Below, piece after piece: positions 27,454-40,367 of a DNA stretch of 64,000 nucleotides. Origin of the DNA: Cyanophora paradoxa CCMP329 (Eukaryota; Plantae; Glaucophyta); assembly GCA_004431415.1 (NCBI GenBank), contig QPMI01000185.1, positions 53,646 to 117,645 of the forward strand, in the 5' to 3' direction. Under the pieces are notes generated by a model, which was given only the letters and a program-made list of their open reading frames with translations, searched no databases and was not told where the DNA came from. Made by a program: the position numbers and the translations under genes. Every line of letters starts with the position of its first letter. The first letter of the stretch is position 1.

Positions 27454-29676
27454 ATGGCGTTCCAGGCCGCCTGCGCGGCGCCCGCCGGCTCCAAGCGTTC
27501 AGACGTGTTCGGTGCGAGCCTCGTGAGGCACCATCCGGCCGCCCCGCAGCGCCGGGTGCGCCGCGCTCCTTCGGCGCCGGCGCCGGTCTCCGCCTCGTCC
27601 GAGGAACGCCTCGTTTCCGTTGTCGGAGCGTCGGTACGTCCATTTCGCTCATCGTCCTGCAACGCGAGACGTGCACGTGCTGACACGCCGCAGGGAGAGG
27701 TCGGCCGCAAGGTCCGCTGCTGGCCCCGGCCCGGCGCCGCGCACGACAAGTGACGGCCTCTCTTTCCTGCTCGCCGCGCATCCATCCGACGGCGCCTGCG
27801 GCTCCGCAGGTCGTCGAGGCGCTGCTTCAGCGGAAGGAGTTCCGCGTGCGCGCCGTCGTCCGCAGGTGCGCCACCCGCGGGCCCGCCCCCCGCGCCCCAC
27901 GACTCGATACTCTTCGTTAAGGTCAATCGCAATGCGCGCTCTCCTAGCTGGGCCGAGGGTTGTCCTGGTCTCCTCGAGCTATTCAATCATAGGCTCTGTA
28001 CATGTGCTAGCCCCCGCCGCGGGCCGGGCGCCCTAGCTAGATACACCCCAACACCACACATAGCTATATATATAAACCCCTGAACCGAGGCGCCTGCGCC
28101 GGCTCCGCCGCCTCGTTCCGACCGGGCGCCTGTACCCCGGGGCGGCAGCGAGGCGCGGGCGCGGGCGCTCTTCGGGGACCGGGTGGGGTACGCGGAGGTG
28201 GACGTGTTCGATCCGGCGTCCGTCCGCCGCGGCCTCGCCTCGTCCGACGCCGTCGTCTCCTGCATGGGCACCACCGTGCGCGTGCCCCCCCCAGCTTCTT
28301 CCCCCCCCCTCCCCGGAAAGCCTCCGCTCATAGCGCGCCCCCCGCAGGCCTTCCCGACGAAGAAGTGGGACAACGTGCGGGCCTCTACCCCCCCTCCCCC
28401 CCCGCCGGCCCCTCCACCCCGTACCCCCCTCCTGAGCCCTCCCCCCAGGGGAACACCCCGGAGCGGGTAGACTTCGAGGCGGTGCGGAACCTGGTGGAGG
28501 GTACCCCCGAGGGCCTGCAGGACTTCGTGCTCCACTCCTCCATCGGCGTCCAGCGCCGCTCGAGCTTCCCCTTCACGATCCTGAACGCCTTCGGCGTGCT
28601 CGACTGCAAGGCCAGGGGCGAGGCCGAGGTCATTCGGGGCGCCAGGGAGCGCGGCTTCGCCTGTGCGTCTGCGTCGCCCTTTGCTTCGCTTAGGCGTGGC
28701 CCTAGGCCCTGGGCGCCGTCCCCGCCTCGCCCCCGCGCTGAAAGCCCCGCCGCAGATTCGATCGTGCGGCCCGGCCAGCTGAACGACAAGAAGACGTACC
28801 CCAACGAGACCCTCATCCTCTCCAAGGGCGACCGCGTCTCCGGTACCCCACTCTCACTTCCTCCCCCGCCTTACTCCCCCTTCCCTCCTTCCCCCCCCTC
28901 CCCCCCCCTCTCCCCCGCCCCCCCTCCCCGCCCCACCCACGCCCCGGCGCCCTGACGAGCCCCCACCCCCAGGGCTCGTCTCGCGGGAGCAGGTGGCGAA
29001 CGTGATGGCGGAGGTACCCCTACCCCCTACCTTCCCCCCCCCCCCGCCCCCCTTCCCCGTCGCCCCTCTGAGGCGCGTGCAGGCGCTGCGGATCGGGGCG
29101 GGGCGGAACAGCGACTGGGCGGTCGTGTGCGACCCGAAGCGGGCCCGTGCAGCAGCGGCGCCCTTCAGCTACGAGGCGCTGGCGGGGACGCTGGAGGGAC
29201 CCGGCGAGGAGGTCCTCCGCCTGTCCTTCGACCGCCTCGACGCCGCCCGCCTCGCCGGGTACGTCTTTTTGTTTATCTTTGAGCTCAAGGTTTCAAGTTT
29301 TTTACTTATCAGGTGGCTGGCGGACTGGGGACTGGCGCTGAACCAGCGCGCGGCGCTCTTCCCGCCGCTGCCGGCGGCCGTGCGGGCCACGCGGCTGGAG
29401 GACGGCGTCGAGCTCGCCATGCTGGAGGCCCGCCAAGAGCCGGACGCCCTCGAGGCGCGCGCCCCTTTGCTCCCCCCTCCTCATCCTCCTCCCCCCCCCC
29501 TCCCGCGCTCATGTGATCGCGCCCGTCAGATCGAGGCGGTGGGGAAGCTGGTGGTGCGGGTGGAGGGCGGCTCGGCGCTGGTCGTGCGGCGGGGCTCCTG
29601 GGGCGCCCCCGTGCCCGGCGAGAAGCAGATCCTCGCCCTCCTCGCCGCCGACCTCGCCCGCATCGTCTCCCAGTAG
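27454..29676 (+). CDS. NAD(P)-binding Rossmann/atypical SDR protein with an MAF transit peptide
   Basis: MAFQAACAAP..., then VSVVGAS|GEVGRK, AVVSCMGTT|AFPTKKWDN|GNTPERVDFEAVRNLV, SSIGVQR..FPFTILNAFGVLDCK and SIVRPGQLND, resembling cyanobacterial/plastid NAD(P)-binding proteins. Confidence 0.85.
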
Positions 29677-30593
29677 TCTAATTTGCGGGCGAGGCCAAGG
29701 CGGCGAACTCATGATCAATATGTCCTCGTGAACGTGTACGAAGTACTAAGCTAGATCGACTACGAACTTCGGAAGTGGCAGCCTTTTTTGTCTCTGTAAA
29801 CGCAATCATTGAATTGGGCGGCGGATTTCGCGGAATTTGCGGATTTCGCGGGCCGGGGGGGGTGGGGGGTCATTGCGTATATATATCGGATTGCGCTCGA
29901 GGGAATTGCAATCGAGGGGCGGAGGGGCTAGTTTTTTTTTTGCAAAAATGGACGTCGCATTGATACACCACGGCACATGTATCAATGTTCTACGTGACGT
30001 GCCCTTCCGACCGGTCACCTATCTAGCCGAAGATGCTAGCGAGGTGCCGGCCATGGGTCGCTCAATATGGGAGGTTCGCCTGAGTGGGGGAGCCATGGTT
30101 TTGAGGGGCGGAGGGGCTAGAGCTCGAGAGAGTTTTGTTCGAATTCGAGATTCCTGCGATTGAGCGCATGCAGGATCGCGGAGCCCCGAACTCGAGGGAG
30201 AGCTAGCTATAGGGAGACGCTCAATCGAAAAGAGGGGAATTCGAAGGCCCGGAGGGGGAGGGGGATCGCGATCGAGGAAGAGGGGGGGGGGAGGGGGGGG
30301 GAGGGGGCGAGGAGAAATTTGCCGCCAAAGCAAATTCGAAAAGCCTGCCGCCCGCGGCCAGGAGCAGCGGCAGCGTGCGGGCGGAGGCTAGGAGCTGCGC
30401 CCGCTCATCAACAGCTGCAGGTTCGTTCGATTGCTACTCATTCGTTTCTCGCGTGTCGATCGGTCATCATGGCATCGAGATTCATGCAACTCGCATGCGC
30501 TCCTGCAGGCCGCATCGGAATTGCAGCCTTCTTGGTCAGGGCCTGCAGCTGGCCTCCTTGGCTACGCTGCGGTCTTCGTAGCGACGGCGAAAA

Positions 30594-33500
30594 ATGCCGG
30601 AATTCGAATTGCAAGCGCCAGCGGGGGAAGGCCCGACCTCGTCTCGCAGAAATGTCAATGCTCCTCCTGCATGCATACTAGGCCTATGCGCAGCAGGCGA
30701 GCCCGCGGCCGTTGTGCCTAGGCCTGCTGTCAGCAAGCTTCGCATGCATTTGCGCAAGCTCGCGGCGTCGGCGCCGGCGCCGGTCGTACGCGTCCTGGCG
30801 TCAACTTCAGCGGCGGTGCCGGCACCAGCAGCATCTGCCTCATTTGATCCAAGGCAGAAGCCAAAGAGCCGGCCGCGGCAGCCTCTCCAGGTTTTGCACT
30901 TGTCAGCCTCGAGCTCCGCAAACTCAGGCGCAATCAGCAGTATGCGTACGTATACTGGTGTCGACGCCCTACTCCAGCATGCGCAAGCGAAGAAGAAAAG
31001 GGCTTTGATCACGAAGCCAGTGACGGTGAGTTCGCGCCCGCGCGTATTGAATTCAAGCTCTTTGATAGCGTTATCGACCATTAAAATTAATATTGATGTT
31101 TCGAAGGTTATTGATGTCATCTCGGATTCGGAGGACGTCGACCATGCGAAGCAGAAGACAGTCGACGTCGAAGCAATTGCAAGTCAGCAGAACAAGATCG
31201 TCGTTTCCTACGATGGTGTCACGGGGCTGATTGTGCGCATCCCTGCAGATCGTGAAATGTTTCTCATGATGTATATATTTTTCATAACGTGCCCGTGCAG
31301 ATCGTCAAGGAAAGCGATCTTGGGTACTATGAAGATGGCCAGATGCTCAACGATGTGAACGTCGATTTCGGAATCAAGTAGGCATCATTTTGAAAATCTT
31401 CGTTATATAATTATACACCAGTCTAAAATTTTTGTCCGCAGCGCTCTGCACAAGCACGTCAGCGCCCGGCTGCAGACGACTGAGCAAGGAGGCCAACCGA
31501 AGTTTTTTTTCTTCAGCTCATACTCCTACACTTCTCTTTGTGAGGTTTGGCACTTCGCTTTCAAGCCTTGTACATGTACGGATTCGCTTTTCTGATCTTC
31601 AAAAATTTAACTATAAGCTGCATGGCCATGAGAAGTTCTGGCGGAAAATCCGCACGCTCGAGAAAATCCAGGGCTTGAGAATGCTGGAAGCGATGTACAT
31701 CTTCTTCCCAATTCATTCGCCGTGCGTGTTTTTCAGATTTGTCATCGATTTATTTAGCTATATAGATTGTTTCAGATTTCTCTTTGTAGCTGATTTGTGT
31801 GTCGCAGGCTCCACTGGTCGTTGGCAATCATTTGCAATCTGTCTCACTTTGTCAGCGCTATCCAGAACAACGTCAAACCTGATGCATCAAAGCGCAACCA
31901 GCCTATCATCATGCACTTGAATAGCGCTCAGAACAAGGAGTTGACAACGACTGTCGGTAGCAACCTGGCAGAGTGAGTTCGCGCACGCGCGTTAACGTTT
32001 GGTTTTTTGCTTGCTATCTAGAAAGTGATGAGCGAGCGCGCAGAATGCTCCGCAACGAGCTCATCAAGTATTCGAAGCTAAATGCAGATATCGATCTGGA
32101 GCTCCGACAGTTTTTGAATTCGAATGACTCAAGCGATTTCGCGGAGTCTGTTCGCATTGTTGAAGTAAAGGTATATATTTCACATTCATGCTCTGGTGAT
32201 TTGAAATTCGCGATCGATTCATGGGGTTGCGGGGCTTATGTATATTTTATGCATGCAGGTCCCCCAGCAGGACAACGCCGTTGACTGCGGCATCTACATG
32301 TTTGAGAATCTGATCGGTTTCGCTCATGAGCCGTTCATTCCGGATCCTGACCTTGAGCAAGGATACGTACGTTGACGTCCTGCTTCATATATATGTTTTG
32401 TGATTATATGCATTCCTCATAAAATATCGCTTTTAAATAGGGAGATATCTGGAAGAGTCGGGAGCCTTACGGCACGGAAGTCATTCGCGAGAGGAGGCGA
32501 GCTTGGCGGGAGCTCGCAGTGGAACTGGGCCACGTCGTCAAATCGAAGGGCGACTTGAAGGAGCACAGATTCTTTGATCCCTCAGCGGCAGCACGGGTGG
32601 AGACTCAAATACTCACCCAGGCATTCCAGGCCCCTTCCCGACTCGGGTTCCCGGCTGCAGCTGCAGGCGCTACCCGACAATCAGTGCGCTGATTTAATTT
32701 TGAGTGCGCGCGATAGTGCGAATAATGCTTCTTCTGATTGAGACATTTCTCATGAGTCTGCAATCGAGACGCGAACGCTCTCGCAAACGCCGGCGCCGCA
32801 GCTGCAGGTCCCTGCATCCCCACACGATGAACAGGCGGGTGCTGTGCGTGTGCTGCAGCTGCTCGAGCTCCTTCGAATTCCGGATCCGACACCCTGCACG
32901 GCAGTTTCCTGTTGCAATTGGTGCTAGTGATCGAAAAGCCTCGAGCCTTGGTATCGACGTCGACGGCGCTGCTGAATCGATGGTCACTCCTCGCCGATCG
33001 CAATCGATATCCGGCGTCAGTCCTAATTATAAATTATATATACCCTGTATTCTCAAAGTCAATGCCGACCGTAATATTAATTACATGTTGCAGGAATCTG
33101 ATGTCGTTGGAGATACTGGCCAAGCAGCTGCTGCAGCCGCGGCCGGTCCTGAAACCGAATCCGAAGGAGCGTCCTTGCAATTGATTGCCACGCGGCGGCT
33201 CGGAGACATCGGGACGCCGCCAGCGACTGGTCTCCGGCACGATCAGAAGCGCGTCCGAGACGTCCAAGAAGGCTCGAGCTCCGGCTCGATCGAAATCTCA
33301 GCCCCAACTAGTACTGGTACTGCTGCGCCGGTGAGCAAGTAATTATATGTATACACTATTGCTTGCACTATCATTCGAATTAAACGCTTGCAATTACATG
33401 CAGACATCGGGAGGTGAAGTGCAGCAGTCGGGAGCTCGAGGGGAAGGGCTCAATCTCATCTCTGCTTTCCAAGCTTCAGGCGATGCGCACGCGAACTCGA

Positions 33501-36500
33501 TATCGCCAGCAGCTGCAGCCGAGTCAGATAACGCAGTGCGCTTTCATTTCCCATTCAACGGTCTCTTTTTAATGAGATCTTAATCCGCCATATGCATGCA
33601 CATTCATGGCTTTATTTATTTTCGGAGTTCAGAACGCACATGATCATGATCATGATTCCAGCCCGGTGCCCGCTCTTGAGGTACCGCACCTGATTAATTC
33701 ATGCACGTGCACATGCGTATATACGTAGACTGAAACATTCATTTCCGAACGTGCAGCCTCTCGTTGTCGATGCAAATCTTGGAGGCCTAGGGCTGGAACG
33801 AGAAATTGCCGAAGCGGGAATTCAAAGCTTGAATTCCCCGCGGCCGCAGCAACCGCACGACCCTCGAGCTCTGATTCAGAATAATTATAACAACGTGCGC
33901 TCTCTTTCCCTCTCCAAAAGCATTCGAATTCGCGCAATCAAATGAAATCTATGCATATTGCAAGGTTGCACTCCCGGCATCACGTGCACGCGTACGGGTG
34001 CCTGTTGAGCAACGTGCGAGCTCCTGGGCGAACGACATGGAGAGGTTGGCGCCGGCTGCAGAGCAACCTGCGTCAATTGCAACGTTCAGCGTCGGTGCTT
34101 CGGGCAGTGGAGCAGCGCCGGCGCCAGCGGAACCTGCAATCGCCAGCGGAGCAGCGGGATCGCAGCCTACAGCTGCAATCGCCAGCGGAGCAGCGGGATC
34201 GCAGCCTGCAGCTGCAATCGCCAACGGAGCAGCGGGACCGCAACCTGCAATCGCCCACGAGCAGCCAAAGCGGCACGTGCACGGAACCCGTGCTCGTGGC
34301 CGTGGTAAGAAGAATCTTGCAGTGCGAGCCAGGACGATCACCCCTTCTGCACGAGTGATGCTGAAACGAATGGTGTGTTAAAATAAAAAACCGTTGAACA
34401 GCTCGCTTTAATTTGAGATTTAGAAATTGCTTTCAATTCGAAATTGATTGGACTGGCCATGTTGCAGCTGCAGGGTTTGCCGCTGAAAACTCCAACGAAA
34501 CGAATTAACATCGTCTCGGATTCCTCTGCCAATGCGGTGCAGGGCCCGGAGTCAAGTGCACCTTCCCCTCCGGATCCTGCCGCGGCCAACCTCCCAAGCT
34601 TAAGGGCGCCAGAGGAGGCATCGTCTGTTGCAATGGGGTGCGTAAACGGCCGCGGTATAACTATATATATAGCTATATAGCTACGTATACAGCCGTCTCA
34701 TCGCTTCGAATATATACGTAATTATATATAATTCAAGCTGACCCGCATGAAAGCTCTCTGCAGCTGGCTCAAATTCCGCAGTCGACGTCGACGTCAGACG
34801 TTGCACATGCATTTTCAGAAATCGATCCGGATCCAAAGGAAGTACCTGCGCACGAAACACCTCCACAGGTGCAGGGGACACCTCCCCAGACGATGTTCAT
34901 GGCGGCCGCTTCCAACAACGTCAACTCCGAGCTCGAGGCATCGTCGCCTGCAGATCCATCAGTTCTTGAACATGAACTTCTCGGCACTGCACAACCTGTA
35001 CATGTTCAGGAAGTGGCGCCGGCGCAGGACGTTCCAGCCCCTGTGCATTTGCATGCGCAGCCGGCGCCAGTCCCTGTCTCGGAGCTCAATTGCACGCTCG
35101 AGGCTCTCGCCATCGTTTCAGTACAGCCTCCAGCACAGCCAGCAGCTGCAGCCCCCACGGTACCATTCCAGCTGGACAGCGAAGCACAACGAGCTGCAGT
35201 CGCCCATGGACAACCAATTGCAAGCGCCCCGCTCGCACATGCTGAGTCTGATGCAGCTGCGGCTGGTCCATCAATGCAGAAGCCATCCAATGCAGAAGCC
35301 GACTTCAGCTCTGCAAAAGTCTCAGAAACATCTCGAGTCCCTCTTCGGATTCAATTACCACCAGCTGCAGTTCGTCCTTTATATATAATTACTCAGATTG
35401 GCAATTGCAACGCCTATTATAATTAATATATTTAAATGTGCAGCCCGTTGAATTTCCTGTCTTTTAATACTTTCTCAGGCACCGATGCGGGTCAAATGTG
35501 GAGAGCCCCAGTTACTGATCGGAAACAACTCATCCTTCGTTCAGCCAGATATCGATGTCGAAGCACGCGTCTCGCAACTGCACGAGTCCGCTGCAGGCGC
35601 ACTCTCCGCGGCCGAGGCACGCTTCCCACGCGAATTAAATTAAATCTCGATAAGATAGTTTGACATGCGTTGACTCCTCCGGCAGATTTCGCTTCCGCAA
35701 CTGCCTCTCGCTGTTTCAAGCTCGAGCTCCCGTGTGCAGGACCCCGCGCATGCACATGCAGCTGCATCTGCCCGCCCAGTCGCCCCGCGGCTGGGTGCCG
35801 GCACCCACGCCCACGTGAGCGCGCACCATATGCATGCCCCGTCTGCAAGCATATTCGGGAATACAGGCCTCGACGACAAGCGCAAGGTGCGCCGCATGGC
35901 CCTGGATATTCCATTAATATTCAACATGAACTCGTTCATCACCTTTCTGAATATCTCTTTTAAATCGAATTGACAGGAATCCGTCAAACGAAGGATGATT
36001 TTATTGAGCCGAGATCTTTGTTTGGCTTCCCCGGAAGAACAGGCCGTCATCCTTTCGAGCTTTTTGTACGTTCTCAACCGGCGAGGCTTTGATTTTGCGG
36101 GCCGCTGCGTTCGCTTCATTGTGGGCCAAGGTGCACTGATCATGATCATGAACTGGCGTTTTGCCTTTCAAGTTTTGGGAATCCGCAAACAAAGACTATC
36201 AATCGCGAAGCTATAATTTAATTTCATGTCCCATCCCTCATTCGCGATATTTCGTGCAAACGTATTTAACGCTAATACGTTGTCTCATTCACGCTCAGCA
36301 TTCTCAAGCGGGGGACTTTCCGGAGAATTTCTGCAGTGCATTGAAGACCTGCGAGACTCCCAGCTCTTTTTCTATGCCCACGAGCTATCCAGCTACCGCG
36401 AGGCATCAAAATTTGATTTGGTACCGTATACATGCAACCGTCTTCCTCGCTTTTAACGATTCTATATCGCTAATATTTGATCGATTCGCAGTCAAAACTA

Positions 36501-36752
36501 AATGTGCACGAGGGTGCACGAACAGAGCTGCAGGCTACGGGTGCGGATGTACGCTTGGCGTGGGCCCTGAAGCCCTCCGTCCAGTCTTCAGTTGCGGAGG
36601 TCGCAGTCGTAACCCGAGGCAGAGCCGCCAAAGTGAGTCGCCGCGCGGGAAAAACAACGCTTCCAGCTATCACTAATTTATGTAAACCAGCTTCAGGGAT
36701 TGCCGCCAGGAGTCCAGGAGAAATCCTTTCGATGGATGCAAGAAACCCTTAA
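30594..36752 (+). CDS. Ulp1/SENP-like C48 cysteine protease gene with long Ala/Pro-rich downstream exons; 3' extent uncertain, possibly transposon-borne
   Basis: Spliced GQMLNDVNVDFGI, FFFFSSYSYTSL, YIFFPIHSP|LHWSLAIICN, IMHLNSA, VPQQDNAVDCGIYMF. The His, Gln and Cys catalytic motifs of Ulp1 peptidases are present. Confidence 0.75.
34133..34255 (+). repeat. 39-bp coding tandem repeat x3 (AIASGAAGSQPxA)
   Basis: ctgcaatcgccagcggagcagcgggatcgcagcc repeated. Confidence 0.85.
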
Positions 36753-37700
36753 AGGAAGTTCCAAAGCCACCCTGTGAAAATGATGATGAATATTAATCGG
36801 AATCGAATTCGGGCTTTTAGGACAATCGCCTTTTACGGGCTTTTTCAGGGAAGAAGAAGATAACCACGGATCAATCTACTTGGCCATATATCACGAGTTC
36901 GATATCGATAGGACCACTGCATGCGCAACAACCACTAGTACTAGCACTAAATCACTGAAACAAAAGAACCGGAGTAGAACTATGTAAACCGGATTGCTAT
37001 ATATAAATTATAGATCAACTCCGTATTGCGATAATAATAATGTAGGAGGCGTAGTTTTGCCGGATATTTCAATTGCCGTAAATTGCCGAGACGCAGAATT
37101 GCCGAGACTAATTGCAGAATTTATCGCCAGAGTAATTCCGGTTTTGGAGGAATTCGGCAATTCAAGAGCGCGGCAATATTTTATTTTGCAATTGCCTGCT
37201 AAAGTAGCAGTGAACATTGCAAGGGGGGAAAAGAAGACCGAAGGTCTCCCCCCCCTTGCTTCCCGTTCCCTCGCTTCAGCCAAAATTCTCCAGTTTGCAA
37301 CGCAGGAAAAAAATGAGCCAAAATGGCGTTGCGACACGTGTTGGTCGCTGGGAGCGTGCACGCAAAAAGCGGTTTTCGAGGGGGAAAACCAGTTTTCTCT
37401 CTTTCGATCTTGTCGTCTCTTCGCGACAGCTCTCATCTCCTCTCTCCAGTCTGCAGCTGCAGTCAGAACTCGAGTCTAGAGCAGGTTGCCCGGCGGTCTG
37501 CAGGAACTCGGGGAAAACCAATTTCTAGGCTCTAGATGTAGATCTGAGCTCTCCGGGCCTCTCCTTCGCGCGGCGCTGGGGTGTAACGCGGCGGTTTTGC
37601 ATGCCAACCACTTCTACCAGCGCTAGCTGTCTCCTCTAAATTTTGCGCGGCATGCGCAGTCACTGAGTCCAGACTGTAGCTAGTCTCTTGCTGCGCTCAG

Positions 37701-38131
37701 CAAGCCGCCGACATCGCGCGGCAGGATCGCTTCGTCGTTCGCTTTGTCGGGTGCGTGAACATTCATTCAACTGGACTGCCCATATCTAGATCTCACCTCT
37801 GTTTCATGATTGCCACGGCAGGCCTGCGATCGAGGACCTCCACATGGGAGTCCTCAACCGCCTCCGTGACGCCGGCCTCGCGGATATCGAAATTCAAGAC
37901 CTTGTCTACCAGATGCGCGGCGGGAGCGAGCAGCGCGCCAGCCGCGTGGCTCTGCGGGGACTCGAAGCGGCGGGCCGCCTCACCATGCTCTCGCAGGACG
38001 GCTCTCTTCAGGACCGGCGCCGCTGGCTGCCGCTCACCCCCATGTTCGACTTCCGCCCCGACCCCCTCCAGAAGGCCTGGATCGCCTATGTTTACGGCGA
38101 GCCCTCTGCAGACAGCACCATCATCTTTTAG
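37701..38131 (+). pseudogene. Last two exons of an unknown gene, amplified in each 686-bp unit
   Basis: cag|QAADIARQDRFVVRFVG|gtgcgt..ggcag|PAIEDLHMGVLNRLRDAGLADIEIQDLVY...STIIF* splices in frame. Confidence 0.45.
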
Positions 38132-39360
38132 CCTGCTGTTCAGGGTTAGGGGTAGGCCGTGCAAACACAGTTGATGCGCAGAGTTTTTTCGCTCCAGAAC
38201 AATCTTTCATATACAGTGCGCTCAATCTCGCCGTTCATTCAGGCTTTTCTTTATTCGGTTAGATCGCAGCGTCTGCTTATCAGCCCTTTTCTACTCTTTA
38301 CAATCACATATAATCTGTCTCTATCTTTACTACTTCAACCTGCCGCGCGCGCTGGGCCGGGGTCGATCTACATCTGCCCCGTGCATGTTCGTGCCAACAT
38401 CGCGCGGCAGGATCGCTTCGTCGTTCGCTTTGTCGGGTGCGTGAACATTCATTCAACTGGACTGCCCATATCTAGATCTCACCTCTGTTTCATGATTGCC
38501 ACGGCAGGCCTGCGATCGAGGACCTCCACATGGGAGTCCTCAACCGCCTCCGTGACGCCGGCCTCGCGGATATCGAAATTCAAGACCTTGTCTACCAGAT
38601 GCGCGGCGGGAGCGAGCAGCGCGCCAGCCGCGTGGCTCTGCGGGGACTCGAAGCGGCGGGCCGCCTCACCATGCTCTCGCAGGACGGCTCTCTTCAGGAC
38701 CGGCGCCGCTGGCTGCCGCTCACCCCATGTTCGACTTCCGCCCCGACCCCTCCAGAAGGCCTGGATCGCCTATGTTTACGGCGAGCCCTCTGCAGACAGC
38801 ACCATCATCTTTTAGCCTGCTGTTCAGGGTTAGGGGTAGGCCGTGCGAACACAGTTGATGCGCAGAGTTTTTTCGCTCCAGAACAATCTTTCATATACAG
38901 TGCGCTCAATCTCGCCGTTCATTCAGGCTTTTCTTTATTCGGTTAGATCGCAGCGTCTGCTTATCAGCCCTTTTCTACTCTTTACAATCACATATAATCT
39001 GTCTCTATCTTTACTACTTCAACCTGCCGCGCGCGCTGGGCCGGGGTCGATCTACATCTGCCCCGTGCATGTTCGTGCCAACATCGCGCGGCAGGATCGC
39101 TTCGTCGTTCGCTTTGTCGGGTGCGTGAACATTCATTCAACTGGACTGCCCATATCTAGATCTCACCTCTGTTTCATGATTGCCACGGCAGGCCTGCGAT
39201 CGAGGACCTCCACATGGGAGTCCTCAACCGCCTCCGTGACGCCGGCCTCGCGGATATCGAAATTCAAGACCTTGTCTACCAGATGCGCGGCGGGAGCGAG
39301 CAGCGCGCCAGCCGCGTGGCTCTGCGGGGACTCGAAGCGGCGGGCCGCCTCACCATGCTC

Positions 39361-39462
39361 TCACACATATGAATATTCATATTTTAATCCTGAGGCGGAA
39401 CTCATATTTTAATCCTGAGGCGGAACGCCGAGGGATTAAAATATGAATATTCATATGTGTGA
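39361..39462. repeat. Opened hairpin telomere: 30-bp perfect inverted repeat with an imperfect GGCG-GAA-CGCC apex
   Basis: tcacacatatgaatattcatattttaatcc (39361-39390) is the reverse complement of 39433-39462. Apex 39419-39429; 25-bp direct duplication at 39377-39401/39402-39426. Confidence 0.9.
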
Positions 39463-39463
39463 T

Positions 39464-39687
39464 TCGATGTTATATCAATAAAATCGATTAATTTATTTGA
39501 ATTTGCACATGAATTTGCATATTTTATATGCATTTTCAATTAATTTAATCGATGTTATATCGATAAACTCGATTAATCGATATTGTATCTTAATTAGAGT
39601 TAATCGGAATTATATCAATAACTTCGATTGATCTTAATTGAATTCTAAATGAATCTAATCGGAATTATATCAATAAATTCGATTAAA
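39464..39687. promoter_or_regulatory. Four ~29-bp dyad iterons next to the hairpin (candidate origin or resolution sites)
   Basis: TCGnnnTTATATCrATAAnnTCGATTrA at 39464, 39549, 39604 and 39659. Confidence 0.65.
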
Positions 39688-40367
39688 TCATGTTCTTTTC
39701 CGATTAAATCAATTAAATATTCAACTTTGTGAACTCTTAGTCTCCTTGAATTTCTTAAGATGACTCAACTTAGTCAACTTAGTCAACTTTGTTACCATAA
39801 TCAATCAGGGTGGACTCACTTTTAGATCAACTTTGAAATTTCAAGCAAAATCAACTTTGATTTCAAAAGTGGATCTCCTAAGTGGACTCAAAATGTTCAC
39901 TTTGTGATACATGTTTGCTCAAATCCTTACTGTTTATGGTCAGGGTTGACTAAGTGGGGGGAGTTGACACATTTTTTGAAATCCTTTTTAGAAAACTTTA
40001 GGTCCCAAATATTTCCTGTGAAATTTGAGTCAACTCAACCCACTTATTCAACCCTTGCATTGAATTCGTAACATAATCCATATACTTTTACTACTTTTAC
40101 GATTAATATGAGTCAACCTTGAGTCCACTTTAATATAAATATTATATAATAGGGGGAATGAAGGGGAGATGCTGAGCTTTATTGTAAGGAAATCGAATAG
40201 TATTCGAAATACTTGACATTGCTTAATGTAGGGTGCATTCATATTTCGGCTACATCATACAGTAGAATTTCTATCGTAAAGAATGACCGGAATCCGGAAA
40301 ATAATCATTGTAGAAAGCTATTGTAATAAAAAATGTAAATCACCCTGATCATCATTATAGAAACCCA

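Noticed and set aside
29771-37615. Terminal inverted repeat GAAGTGG/CCACTTC around the Ulp1 block
   Set aside because: Only 7 bp match and there is no target-site duplication.
38142-38156. Telomere (GGGTTAGGGGTAGG)
   Set aside because: Only about two degenerate units per repeat, not a telomeric tract.
40048-40242. 64-aa ORF in the viral terminal region
   Set aside because: Short, AT-rich, overlaps the iterated motifs, no recognisable features.
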